Positions 1 through 12,281 of a stretch of 64,000 bases of DNA are shown here, in pieces (positions within the stretch are counted from its first letter, which is position 1; each line of letters opens with the position of its first letter). The notes under the pieces were generated by a model. That model saw only the letters and a list, made by a program, of their open reading frames with translations, did no database searches and was not told where the DNA came from. Source of the DNA: Lama guanicoe. Lineage: Eukaryota. The position numbers and the translations under genes are program-made. The stretch spans positions 3,275,902 to 3,339,901 of the forward strand of contig MU053652.1 of the NCBI GenBank assembly GCA_013239625.1, given 5' to 3'.

Positions 1-767
1 GTGAGGGTGCAAACAAAGGGAACAGGACCTTGCTGGCAGTCTCTGCAAGAGCTGGGAGAACCAGCACCTCTGCAGCCCCTGGGGTGTATGAACTGACTGA
101 TGTATAAACCAGAACACCAGCACATTCATATACAAAGAGGACACTCCTTGCCAAAGGGACCAGATGTTCATGCTGACTGGTCAGCGCATTCTGTCCTGTT
201 GGAAAATCTACATGGAAAGCCAAATTATAATCAAGAGGTTGTTTGCGAGCATGAAATTAGAACAAAGGGAGGGAATTGGATGAGCTCTGTGGCATCCATA
301 GGGATATAGGGTGGACTGCATATTTGTGTCAAATGGTCAAAAAACAACTCTTTCCCTTGACGAGGTTGGAGACATGATGACAAATGTTTGTTCCTTGGCT
401 CCACTTTTCAGCACTCCCTGCAGACCACCCCCCTTCTGCTCACATATTCTTCAGCTGTTAAGGCCATTGATTAGGTTACTGCTTTGCTCCACATTCCATC
501 ATGCCTTGATTAAATTTCCAGGCGCTGCAACATCCTGTTTCTTAGGATGACATTTGCAGACATTTATTCACATTCATTGTGTGCAGATTTCACTAGCTTA
601 GCAATCAATGGCTAATATTATTTACCGGTTTGGGGGATACTTAATGATTGTGCCTGATGTACTGATACACTAGACAGCAGAAAAAAAGGTTGAGAATGAC
701 CAGTGTGATAAAGGGAAAGACTTCCCATGTTTTGGTCTCCTGTGTGCCTTCACGAGCACTATCATAG

Positions 768-1200
768 AATTTCATTTACTTGACAAGTATTTACTGTGTC
801 CTACCATATGCCACATACCACACCAGGCACTAGGAATTTAAAGAACAAGATATGTATCCCTGCCTTCAAGGAGCTGGCAAGACGATGAAGGAGGCAGGCA
901 AGGAAATCACCCAGCACAGCACAGCACAGTAGACGGGGGGCCATGGAAGCATTTTGAAAACTACCTCCCAAAGTCTAGGATGAAGAGTAGGCTGCCAGAA
1001 AGGATGATTTCCATCTGTATCCCAGAGGAAGAATGAAGAGTGAGAAAAGGACTTTCCAAACATAAAGAATAGCAGGCACAAAGACTCAGAGGCAAGAGAC
1101 AACATGGCATACTTGAAGCCATTCTGTATGGTAAAAGATTGGGCTGAAATGCTAGGCAGAGGACAGAATTTCAAAGGTCTTGCATGTCATCTAAAGAATA
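768..1200 (-). mobile_element. L2 LINE 3' fragment (ancient), resumes briefly after the L1 insert at about 1440-1490
   Basis: Reverse-oriented L2 tail signature ttcatttacttgacaagtatttactgtgtcctaccatatgcc...ccctgccttcaaggagct; boundaries approximate. Confidence 0.6.
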
Positions 1201-1211
1201 CAGATTTGATC

Positions 1212-1438
1212 AGATTTACAAATATTAACTACTATATACAAAAATAGGTGAAAAAATTTTTCTGTATAGCATAGGGAACTATATTCAATATCTTATAATA
1301 ACCTCTAATCAAAAAGAATATGAAAACAATCTATGTATATATATGTATGATTGGGACATTATGCTGTACACCAGAAATTGACACATTGGAACTGACTCTA
1401 CTTCAATTAAAAAAATTTTTTTAATAATAATTAAAAAA
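1212..1438 (+). mobile_element. 5'-truncated L1 3' UTR end (lineage-specific L1)
   Basis: tgtatagcatagggaactatattcaatatc...gacattatgctgtacaccagaaattgacac...cttcaattaaaaaaa; same motif at 58908-59045; degenerate TSD aagaatacagatttga / gagaatataaatttga. Confidence 0.75.
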
Positions 1439-1544
1439 TAGAGAATATAAATTTGACCATAAGACTATAGAAAATCACTGAAGGGTTCTAAAACCCACTT
1501 TGTCTAAAAATATATCCAGTCCAGCTGTTGTTTTGTCTTGTTTC

Positions 1545-2320
1545 TGTGATGGTAAAATATATATTACCAGAAAGTTTACCATTTTAAAATACTTTGTTTG
1601 TACCATATTTTGTTTATCCATTCATCAGTTGATGGACACTTGGGTTGTTTCCACCTTTTGGCTAGTGTGAATAATGCAGTATGAACATTGAAGTACACGT
1701 ATCTGTTTGGGTCTCTGTTTTCTTCTGCCTTCTTTGGAGTAACTGTATTCTTATTAATCCATCTTATCTCCATTACTGGCTTATTATTTATGAATTTTTT
1801 AATTGGTTGCTCTAAGATTTATAATATACATGCTACACTTATTACAGTCTACCTTGAAATAATATACTGCTCCATATTTAGTTTAAGACCCTTACAACAG
1901 TACACCTAAATTTTCTTTTAAACAGAATAAACATAAAAAGGAAAATGCTTTTTATATTTACCCCCATTTTACATTTCCATTACTCTTCGTATGTGTATGT
2001 CCAAATTTCCACTAGTATCATACTCTTTCTGCCAAAGAACTTCCTTTAACATTCTGTATAATACATGTTTATTAGCAATGGATTCTTTCAGTTTTTGTTT
2101 ATCTGGAAAAAATCTGTATCATCTTCATTTTTAACAGATATTTACACTAAGACAGAACTCTAGGTTGACTTTTTCCTTTCTGTACTTTAAAAATGGCTTT
2201 CTATTGCCTTCTGTTTTGTATAGTTATTGACAAGAAGTTTGCTTCTTTCTTCTTCTGTATGTAATTTTTCTTTTTTCTCTGGCTGACATTGAGATTTTCT
2301 CCCAAAAAAGAGAAATATAG
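1545..2320 (-). mobile_element. Old L1 fragments (ORF2 C-terminus/3' end plus internal remnants)
   Basis: ORF 1576-1773 translates ALFTLAKRWKQPKCPSTDEWINKIWY, the typical L1 ORF2 C-terminal motif. Confidence 0.7.
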
Positions 2321-2346
2321 TTTTCAAGCAAATGGACTTCAAGCGT

Positions 2347-2421
2347 ATAGGGATACTTGATAGACATTGTGGGTTTGATTCCAGACCACCACAATGAGGT
2401 GAATATTGCAATAAAGCGAGG
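2347..2421 (-). mobile_element. Tigger1 terminal fragment
   Basis: Reverse complement of the Tigger1 3' end seen at 11720-11792 (gattccagaccaccacaat...tattgcaataaagcgag). Confidence 0.7.
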
Positions 2422-5136
2422 CACAGATTTTCTTCTCTCCAGTGCTCTGCCAAATGTGAAAGAGTTGAATGTCCTTCTTTCCTCAGTAAAGCTTGTCACT
2501 TTTTGGAATTTGGTTATTTGGCTGCCTTGTGATAGCTCTCTGAAGGATTCAAGAAAACATACGATTTTGTAGACTATTCATTTTCTTACTGTTAGGATGT
2601 GAGTGATGTCCCTTGCAGCTTTCTACGTCCTAAGTGGAAGCAGAACTCCCACCAATGTTTGCTTTTACCGTGGGCATGATCTTGATTATTCAAAAACCAT
2701 GAAGGACAGGAACTGTATTTGCAGAGTCCAGCACAGGGGCTGCAAATTAGTGGCTTATAGATTTCACGTGAAAACCCAGGTTTCTAGATTATTTTGAGAA
2801 ATGTGACCATATGACACCCTTGGGCCACATTTGCTTGCCTATTCATGGGGCACAGGCTCTTGAGTTATTCATTGTGCCCAGAGTGACACCAGTACCTCCT
2901 AACACTGACTTCTCCTTTATCCCCATGGGGTAGACCATTCTGAGCCCCCCGTTGGCTCCTCAGAGACCTCTTGGAACGGATTCTGTGAACAAGCATTGTT
3001 CTATGCAAATCCCAAGCCAGAAGCAGAACATGGCATATGACAACCAAGTGCCCTGGGCTCACGAGTAGTAAAGGAGGTCTTGGCTCTCCCTGGGAGGAGA
3101 CAATATGCATCCTTTCTACCACAGGTAAGAGTCTCAGAAGTGGCTGCAGAACTGCATATGTGAGGATGCCAACTTCATCAGGTAAGCAACCAGGATGCCA
3201 ATTTCTTTGTTTCACCAGCAAGCAGGGTAATCTGTAATGGTCCCCCCAAAACCCTGGGAGGTAGGAACTACTCCCCTGGGAGGGGCTGCAGGGATGGTTG
3301 AGGTAGAATGACACTGAATTGTTACAGAACTGCAGAGCCCTCATCACATGGTGGGACCTGTGGATCTGTGGTTCCCTACCTCAGGAGCAGTTTCATTTTG
3401 GAGGGCTCAGGGTAAGGACCCAGGGCTAGACTGGGTCAGGCAGAACTGTTTCCTTAACTATCTGGAAGTGCATGTCATTTAGGGAATGAAGGTAAACGAA
3501 GCCAAGGAAGGGAGCCAAGGCCTAAATCCCAGAAGCAACATCATGAGACAGGTCTGAGGGGAGGGTGCTGGGCTCTGAGCAGGAAACCAGGCTGAGAGAT
3601 GGGTGTGAGGGGATGAGAGAGCTAACTGGCATGAGACTGGAGGAGAGGATGGATTTAGCACGAAGTGGGGTCCGGAGAGTCTTAGCACAGAGAGGGCCAG
3701 ACTGCTTGACACCTAAATGCCCTTCTATTTGTGGGAAGGAAGGCTGGGGGTAGGAGACTGACCAAGCACAGAAGCACCTAAGACACTAACTAACCCTAAG
3801 CCGGGCACACTTACCTATCTGGGGCTCCCACCTACTGTGTGGAGACTGAAAGCTTTTTGGAACACATGCAGGGTTAAAAAGAAGACATCCAACAAATGGA
3901 AGTTCACAAGAGCACTTCTGACTTTGTGAAGAATAAGATTAATTAGTGAAAGTAGGAACTTCTAAAGAAAAGAATCAGAACTTCTTCTCTTACAAACAAA
4001 GCTTGAACCTCTTAGCAATCACGACTCTGATTGCAAGGATCTTACTCAAGTGCCTGGAGAGTCTTTTACTGCCAAGAACAGGAGAGCTGCAGCACTTCAG
4101 AGAGCTGAATTACGCAGAATTCTGCTCGGCTCTAAATCAGCCCAGACAAAGACCAGAGACAATTTTCAGGCTGAAGTCAGAATCAGGTTTTTTGTTTCTT
4201 AGGGGGAGTATGTTTTTTATTAAGATATAAAATTAATTCATAGTCACCGAAGAAAATTTGTAAAATGTACAAAGTGTAGAGAATTAAATAAATGTCTACA
4301 TTCCATAATCCAAAGATGGTTTACATTTTAAGTATTTTTTTTCCAAAAATTTTTGGTGTGGATACCTCTGTTTTTTTTTTTTTTTTTACCCACACAAATC
4401 AGGGTTCTTTTAAACAAAAAACTGTTTCCAGCTCTTTCCATTTACTATATCAGGAAGAGTTAGTTCTCTATTGACTTCATTATTTCTTGAAACACTTTTT
4501 AATGGTTCGATAATATTACTCATTATGGATATGCCATCATTTATTTTAATTACTTTTAAACTAATGATCAATTAGGTTGTTTCAATTTTTCATCATTTTA
4601 AATAAGATTCCAGTAAACATCTGTGGGTGTAATCTTTGTGCATCTCTTTGATTATTTCCTCAGGAACAATTCTCAGCATATTAAGATTTGAGGGCTTCTT
4701 TGATACGCAGTCTCAAATTACTTTTCAGAATGGTTACACTTCTTTATATCCACACTAACAATGTATGAGCACTTTTGTTTCATGAATCATTAGCCAACAC
4801 TTAGCACTATCATTAAAAGAAAACAAAAAAACCTTTGTCTATTTGTTAGCTGAAAAGTGGGATCCAGTTGTTTTGTTTTGTGTTTCTTTCTGGACATTTC
4901 TTCATAAGTTTATCAAATGCTTTTCTTTTATGAATTATCATTTTATGCCATTCACCTATTCTTCATATTGGGGATAAGCATCTTACTTTAATTTTGATAC
5001 CGTTTTGCTATGGCAGGCCCCAAAAGGAATCCTAAAGAGAAACTCATGATGTTAAAAACCTTTTGATTTATAGCTTTAAGCTTTCCAAGGATTCCATTGG
5101 GGCAAAATGTGAAGAAAATGGGAGGTTCTTCTGGGG

Positions 5137-5332
5137 CAGTCTCTCAAGGTATGGCCCTTGGGCCCTCTGCACCAGAATCAAGAGTGGGAGTTGGGGAACA
5201 TGTATTTAAATTACAGATTCCTGAACTCCCACTCCAGACACAAAGAGTCAGCATCTCTGACAACTGGACCCCAAAACCCACATTTCTATAATATCTCTGA
5301 TTGCTTTATATGCAGCCCCAATTCAACAACCA
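5137..5332. mobile_element. MER5A-like hAT-Charlie MITE
   Basis: cagt.tctcaa start, gcaccagaatca, cagattcctg, gagtcagcatctctg internal motifs; about 190 bp. Confidence 0.55.
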
Positions 5333-6429
5333 AAATGACAACCGAGGCCAAGAAACCTGATATTCATACACCCTCTGGAACAAAAGGAGCCAACCACACA
5401 GAGAAGTGAGCCCAAACATTGACGAATGGAAGTTGAGCTTCCAACTCCAATGGGCTGTTGGGTCTTGTACTTTCTGTTCTTTTTGATATCTTGACCTCCA
5501 TTGTTCTTTAACTTGATTAATGCATTATCACTCATCTATTCAGTCCCCAAGTTAGAAAAATTATAGCCATCGTTGATGTCTTCCTATTCCTTGCACCCCT
5601 TACCTCTTCTCATAGATGTAACAACAGTTTATTTTACATACAAATGTCTTTAAACCTCTTTTCCTTTCTCACCACCTCTTACTTAGCCTCCTATTATCTC
5701 CGTCTCTTCTTTCCTTTCTCCTGTTTATTCTACCCATATTCTCTACCATTATCCCACCTCCACTGTGCACCAGGTATGCTTACATTCTAAGTTGCAACAT
5801 GCCTAGAAGCTTCTGCTTGCTATGTAAAAGCTTCTGATTATCCTCCCCAATGCCACCCCCCTTCCAATTTTCTGCAGCCCCTAAATTCTTCTTTTTTCTA
5901 GTGAAGGGGTGAGAAACTGGGAGTTTTAGAGAAGTTGAAGGATCGGATTACACAGGGAAATTAAAACAAAACTCAGGAGGCATGAATGTGCAAGAGACTG
6001 CTGTGGCCAGCTTAAGATCTCAGAGGTTAAGCAGCTCTGAGTGATAACACCATTCAAGACCTGGACCAAACCTTGGGTTGCTGAGGAGTCTGAGAGGACA
6101 AGGGCACGTCAGGCCATGCTGTTGAGTGGGTCATCTGCGTAGACCCTGAAGCAGCTCAGACATATGCTATTATTCACAAGCAGAGAGCCACGGAGTATGA
6201 ACAGCTCAGGGTAACGTTTCTCCATTCCTGGAAAAACAACTTAGAGCAAAGGACAAAGGGTTACTGTGTTGTTCCCTTCATGTAAAAGGAAATAATAATT
6301 TTGATGGATTTGGTGGGACATTTTGGAGCCAAGTCAAACTGTGTGTGTGATTGTTTTGTAAAGGTGCTAGGACTTAATTTTCAGATCTGGAATAAGAACA
6401 GGTGGTGGCTGATGGCAAGAGTCACAATG

Positions 6430-6443
6430 GTTTCCATGACAAC
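6430..6443. promoter_or_regulatory. Distal RFX X-box candidate GTTTCCATGACAAC
   Basis: 12/14 match to the palindrome GTTGCCATGGCAAC, about 770 bp upstream of the CEP41 ATG. Confidence 0.5.
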
Positions 6444-6625
6444 GGGACTGGTTCTTAGTCATCCTCCCCTCCTCCACAAAACCTATTGCAGCTTTTCTCA
6501 TAAATAAGGTGCTTATTAAATATTTGTTAAATGAATGATGAATCACAGAATGATGTGTGTGCTTTGCAATTAAGGCTGCCGTTCTGTTGCTAGCTAAAAG
6601 CTTTTAAAGCAACAATAATTACTGT

Positions 6626-6656
6626 ATTTGCATATGATATTTTGCATAATTTGCAT
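6626..6656. promoter_or_regulatory. POU octamer cluster
   Basis: ATTTGCAT 6626-6633, TTTTGCAT 6640-6647, ATTTGCAT 6649-6656. Confidence 0.45.
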
Positions 6657-6998
6657 ATTAACTTAACCTTAAAATGATAAACTACAGATTCCCATCCCAA
6701 CTGAACAACCCGTCCCATATCTACCCCCTATCGTGGAAGACGTATCCAGATGTTTGACTTAAATGGCCTTAAAGGGGGGAGGGGGGTGGCCCTATGCAGT
6801 AGTTGTGCTTCCATATTAGCTAGAAAGGCTCGTTTTCTTCCAAGCTTTCCAGCCCCTCTCCCTCCCTCCCCGGCTCTGCGCAGCCGCCCACGCGCAGACG
6901 GCAGCCTGCCCCTCCCCCAGCGCCCCCCTTCCCGCGCGGAGGCTGGAGTCAGCGGGCCCAGCGGAGCGCACAAAAGACCTCCGCAGCCGGCGTCCCGC

Positions 6999-7013
6999 GT
7001 TGCCCTTGGCAAC
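6999..7013. promoter_or_regulatory. Proximal RFX X-box GTTGCC-CTT-GGCAAC
   Basis: Perfect inverted half-sites with a 3-nt spacer, fits GTNRCC(N0-3)RGYAAC; about 195 bp upstream of the ATG of a ciliary gene. Confidence 0.8.
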
Positions 7014-7207
7014 CATTGATCGGCGTCTCATTCTCCCTTGACCCGGCAATTAGACAGCAAGCAGGGCCTCCATTGGCTGGCCGGGAAAGACAGGCCAATC
7101 GGAGAAGAGGTTGTAGGAAGGCGGCTGAGCGGGATTGTGGGGGTAGGAAGCTAGGGTTAGAGGCTAAGGGTGAGGCTAGAACCCCGAGCGTGGTCGGTTG
7201 GAGCAGT

Positions 7208-7240
7208 ATGTCTGTCCGGAGGCACATTGGGAATCCTGAG
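7208..7240 (+). CDS. CEP41: CEP41 coding exon 1 (MSVRRHIGNPE)
   Basis: ATG at 7208 (agtATG), donor GAG|gtgagg; matches the known CEP41 N-terminus. Confidence 0.95.
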
Positions 7241-7769
7241 GTGAGGGCTAGGTCCGGATCGGAGAGGCGGAGGGGGCGGGCGCACCGGAAAAGGCTCCAC
7301 GTGGGCAGGGAAGAGCAGCCAGCGACTTCCGCCGCCCGGAAGGCGGGAAGCGGCGGCGTGAGGAGGGGTCTGGAGAGGGGAGGGAGGCGAGGCGGGCCTA
7401 GGGAACGCGGAGCCTGGCCATTGTCTTGCGGTGACAGGCCACCGTCTGGCACAGCCCTACTGTGCGCTCGCGTTGTCGCCGAAAGGAGCGAAGTGCGTGA
7501 AGACACAAATCCCTTCCCTCAAAGGGCTTACAGTCTAGGAGTGGCTGTTACAAAACATAAGTAACATCCGAATGAAGCCCGGAACACTAAAGGATCAAAA
7601 TCAAAGGAGCCATCATTTCCAGTTATGGGAATACAGAAAGAGTAGGAAAAAGCAGACCAGGCTATTTGGAAAAGATGCAAAATATGACATTAGTTTTATC
7701 CCCTCCTGGATAAGACCTTTTACTTTCTTGTCTGTTTCACCCCTAGTTTCCTGCTGCATTTGTGGTCAT

Positions 7770-8740
7770 TTAATCTCAGCAAATGTTTATGGATTCCTTC
7801 TGTGCAGTAGATGCTAAAAATACAAAGAGATTAAGAAAAGGCCTTTGTCCCCTAATAAGTTTACTCTAGTGAGGAAGGCTTATAAACAGAATTTGAGTAC
7901 AACGTGGTTGAAGAACAAGGTGTTTAGCGAGCACAGAGGAAAGACAGGACTCAACTGAGGGAGTGAGAAGGGTCCTGGAGATGGCACGAAATGGCAAGGT
8001 TATCAGCCAAGTGAAGAAGCATCCCAGGTAGAAAGAATGGCTGAGACAAGTTAAGGACGTGTGAAGGAAAAGGCGAGTGGACAGTTCCCTGTAGAGAGGC
8101 AGGAGTAAAGTCTGGAAGGGCCTTCTGTGCCTTGCCAACATTCTTGGCCTTTATACTGAACAGGAGTTACAACTTGTTTCATCTCATGATGGATGACTGT
8201 GAGCTTTGTTGGGAAAGTTGTGAAGCTGAGTTTAGGCTCTGCCAGGGAAGTGCCATGATCGATTATAGTGACTGCCACGGAGGCAGGGGAGGTAGGTGTG
8301 GAGAGTGGTGATTTGACTGTCCCCTATTTGTCTTGCTGGCTGGTCAGAATTTGAGAAGTTTTTGAGGAGTTTTAAGATGCATCCAAATTGTTGCCTGTAG
8401 CAGTAGTTCATTAGCTGTTAGTTCATGAGCGATAGTTCATAGCTCATGTTTTTGGTCAGATTTTCATTTTAGGCAGATGATTGTAGCCACATTGTGGAGA
8501 ATGGATTTGAGGAGGTCAGGACTAGGAATAGGGAGACTGAGATTGGTTAGGTGATTATTGTGATATAGACCTAGAGTAAGGCGTCAGAACTAGGGACAGA
8601 AATGATAAATACTTAGGGGGTAAAATCATCACAACTTGGTGATTAGCTGTGAGAAATGGGAGTGCGATGGGTGACAGGTTTCTAGCTTAGGCTTCTCGTT
8701 GGTGCTGATGCCAATAATGAGATCAAGAATATGGGAGAAA
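7770..8740 (-). mobile_element. L2 LINE fragment
   Basis: cagcaaatgtttatggattccttctgtgcag tail and purine-rich degenerate L2 body; approximate. Confidence 0.55.
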
Positions 8741-8829
8741 GAGGAGGAATAGTCTTACGAGTGTAGGGGAGAGGAGCAAAGATGCCCTGTGTGTTACACA
8801 TTTGTGCCCAACATGAAGATGTTGAGCTT

Positions 8830-11800
8830 ACTCTCTTGTTTTCATGGAGCACAACTGCCAGTAGTCTCTGGAGAAAGAGTCCATAATAAATAAATATTTA
8901 AAATGTATGTCTAAAACGGTAGGTATGTCTAAAAATGTTGTTATTCTACCTTCACATTTATTTTCTTGAGAGTTTGGTTGAGTATAGAATTCTTGGTTAG
9001 AAATCACCAGCACATTGAAAACATTGCATTGTGGTCTTCTAGCATTCAGTTTTTGTTGTGGAGAAGTCCAAAGCCGTTCTGTTCCTTTGCATGTGACTTA
9101 ATTGTTCCTTTCTGGGAGCTTGTAGAATCTTCTCTTTGTCCCCAGTGCTATGAAATTTCACAGAGATATTCCTTGCTATGGGTCTGTTTTCACTTTATTT
9201 TGGTGGGCACCAGAAACTCATGTCTTTCCATTCTGTAAAATTTTTTAAAAATTATTTTGTTGTTGATAATCTTCACTTTCTTTATCCTCTCTTACTTGAA
9301 TGTGTTATTCTGATGTTGCTTCTATATGACTAGTTCTCTAATTTTCTTAATTTTTTTCTCATGTTTTCCACATCTTTGTTTCTTTGTTCTCTTTGGGAGA
9401 TTTGTTCATCTTTGTCCTCCAACCCCTCTATTGAGTTTTTAATTTCTGCCATCGTGTTTTTAATTCGTAATAACTCTATTTTGGACTCCAATGTCCTTTT
9501 CAGAAACTTTTATCTTGAAATAAATATAGATTCACAGAAAGTTGCAAAAATAGTACGAAGTGGTCCCATGTACCCTGATTCACCCAGTTTCCCCAATGAT
9601 TATATTTTATGTACAATATCAAAACCAGAAACTGACATTTTGTACAATGTATAGTTTCAACTATTTTATCACATGTAGATTTAATATAATCAAGATTTGC
9701 CTGTCTATTTACAATCAAGATAACAGAACTATTCTGACACCAAAAATATCTCCCTCATGCTTCCCTTTCCACTTTCCTTCCCCTCACCATGCTAACCCCT
9801 GGCAACCACTAATGTGTTCTCTATTTCTATAATTTTCTCATTTTGAAAATGTTACATAAATGGAATAATATAATAGGTGACCTTCGAGATGGGCTTTTTT
9901 CACTCAGGATAATGTTTTTGAGATGCATCCAGATTGTTGCCTGTAGGAATAGTTCATTACTTTTTATTGCTGTTAGTATTCTGTGGTATGAATGTATAGC
10001 AGTTTGTTTAACCATTCAGTATTGTAGGATATTTTGGTTGTTTTCTGTTTGGGGCCATTAAAAATAAAGATAATAAACTTAGGGGTACAGTTCTTCGTGT
10101 GGACATGACTTTTCATTTCTCTGAAATAGAATCCCAGGAGTGCAGTTGCTGAGTTATGGTAAGCACATTTAGTCTCTTAAGAAACGAAACCATTTTCCAG
10201 AATGGCTGTACCATTTTACATCTCCCACACCCATGTATGAGAGATCCAGTGTTTGCACGTTCTGGGCAACATTTGGTATTGTCAGCATTTTTTATTTTAG
10301 TTATTTTAATAGGTGTATAGTGACATTTCATCATGATCTTAGTTATTAATTGGCATTTCCCTAATGGATACTGAGGTTGAACATCTTCCATCTTTTCATG
10401 TGCTTATTTGCCCTCCATGTACCCTCTTTGGTAAAATATCTCTTTATGTCTTTTGCCTAATTCTAGTTGGATTTCTTTTTACTGTTGAATTTTTTTTTTC
10501 TTCCGTGACTGTAAATTTTGATTACTGCCAAAGCAGTGATCATTAGGGTTATATTTTCCTTCTTATTGCTTGTTGTTTTTCCTGGAGTTTCTATCTGCCT
10601 TTATTTTTATTCTGCACTATTTATACATTTTTATAAAAATGTCTACATCACTATTTATCATTTTTTTGCATAGCTATCTTTTCTGAAACTTTCTATGCAT
10701 TTGCATGTGTGCGTGTAGAAAGAGAATTCTGTTTTGGGGTTTTGTTTTGTGCAGATGTTTTAACGTTTTTCATACAGTTCTTTGGCTTGCTTTTTTCACT
10801 TAACAGTATGGCTTAGACATCTTTCCATGTCAGAAAAACATAGCACAATTATTTTAACTTTTACCTAAGTACATGGTATGATTGTAAAGCAAAAGTTTTA
10901 AATATTTTTTTACTTGTTAAGTTTTATATTTTTTTGGTAATGTCATTATTGAGATATAATTTACATACCATAAATTCACCCATTTAAACTGTATGATTCA
11001 GTGATTTTAGTATATTTACAGAGTTGTGCAATCATCACTATGATCAATTTTAGAACATTTTCATCACCCCAAAAAGAAATCCTATAACCTCTAGTTGCCA
11101 CTCCCCAATCCTCTCACATCTCCTCCATCCTCCCCCCTACCCCACAATCTTGGCAGCCACTAATCTACTTTCTGTCTCTGTAGATTTGCCTATTCTCTAC
11201 ATTTCATGTAAATTGAATCATGCAAAATGTGGTCTTATGTGACTGGCCTCTTTCACTTAGCATGATGTTTTAAACGTTCATCCATGTTATATCATGCGTC
11301 AGTATTTCATTCCTTTTTAGTATTGAATAATATTCCTTTACATGCTTCTACCACATTTTATCCATGCATTCTTTTATTGATGGGTATTTGGGTTGTTTCC
11401 ACTTTGGGGTTATTATGAATGATGTTACTATGAATATTCAAACAGCCATACCTCATTTTATTGCATTTTACTTTATTGCACTTCACAGATACTGCATTTT
11501 TTACAAATCAAAGGTTTGTGGCAACCCTGCATCAAGCAAGTCTGTCAGCGCCATTTTTCCAACAGCATTTGCTCACTTCATGTCTGTCACATTTTGGTAA
11601 TTTTCACAATACTTCAAACTTTGCCATTATTATTATATTTGTTATGATGATCTGTAATCAGTGATCTTTGATAATACTACTGTAACTTGCTGAAGTCTCA
11701 AATGATGGTTAGCATTTCTGACTCGCTTTATTGTGATAATTGCTTTTTTGGGTGGTTGGAACAGAACCCACAATATCTGCAAGGTATGCCTGTACAAGTT

Positions 11801-11830
11801 GTGTGGATGTATGTTTTCATTTCTCTAATA
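8830..11830 (-). mobile_element. Cluster of old L1M fragments (ORF1 remnant and several 3' ends)
   Basis: ORF1-like remnant at 8828-9013, ORF2 C-terminal remnant at 10113-10391 (CHYTPIKITKIK), L1MB/MC-type 3' UTR motifs. Confidence 0.7.
11443..11792 (+). mobile_element. Internally deleted Tigger1 derivative with both TIRs, nested in an L1
   Basis: Starts cagccatacctc, ends aaggtatgcctg followed by TA; Tigger1 5' body ggtttgtggcaaccctgc. Confidence 0.85.
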
Positions 11831-11915
11831 ATAGTTTTTTAAGATATTTTTTCTCCCTACATAGTCTCAGTTTCCTCCATATTGCTGTTTTCCTTTTTGT
11901 TTTGTTGATGAAATT

Positions 11916-12281
11916 TGTATTAGTCAGCTTGGACTGCCATAACAAAATACCTTAGACTGGGTGGCTTAAACAACAGCAATTCATTTCTCATGTTTTAGAG
12001 GCTGGGAAGTCCAAGATCGAGGTGCTGACTGATTTAGTTTCTGGTGAGAATTCTCAGATGGCCACTTTCTCCCTATGTGCTCAGATGACCACTTCTTTCT
12101 GTGTGCTTGATGGATGAGAATGCGCTCTTTGGTGTCTGTTTTCACAAGGACACTAATCCTGTTGGATTTGGGCCCCACCCTTGTAACATCATGTAACCTT
12201 AATTACCTCCCAAAGGCTCTATCTCCAGTACAGTCAGGGCTTCAACATACACATTGAGGGGACACAATTAAGCCCATAGCT
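11916..12281 (-). mobile_element. MLT1A-like MaLR solo LTR
   Basis: tgtattagtc...ctgccataacaaaatacc...gtggcttaaacaac...gggaagtccaagatc...ccttaattacctcccaaaggc. Confidence 0.8.

Larger units (their letters stand above)
6870..7500 (+). promoter_or_regulatory. CEP41: CpG-island promoter of CEP41
   Basis: Sharp rise in GC and CpG around coding exon 1; ATTGG 7072-7076, CCAAT 7095-7099, GC box about 7272-7280, CCGGAA ETS-like sites; no obvious TATA box. Confidence 0.9.

Noticed and set aside
2865..3347. 160-aa minus-strand ORF
   Set aside because: No recognisable domain, composition bias or splice context.
6728..7564. Long overlapping ORFs (182 and 185 aa) at the promoter
   Set aside because: GC-rich CpG-island artefacts; only MSVRRHIGNPE, bounded by a splice donor, is a real exon.
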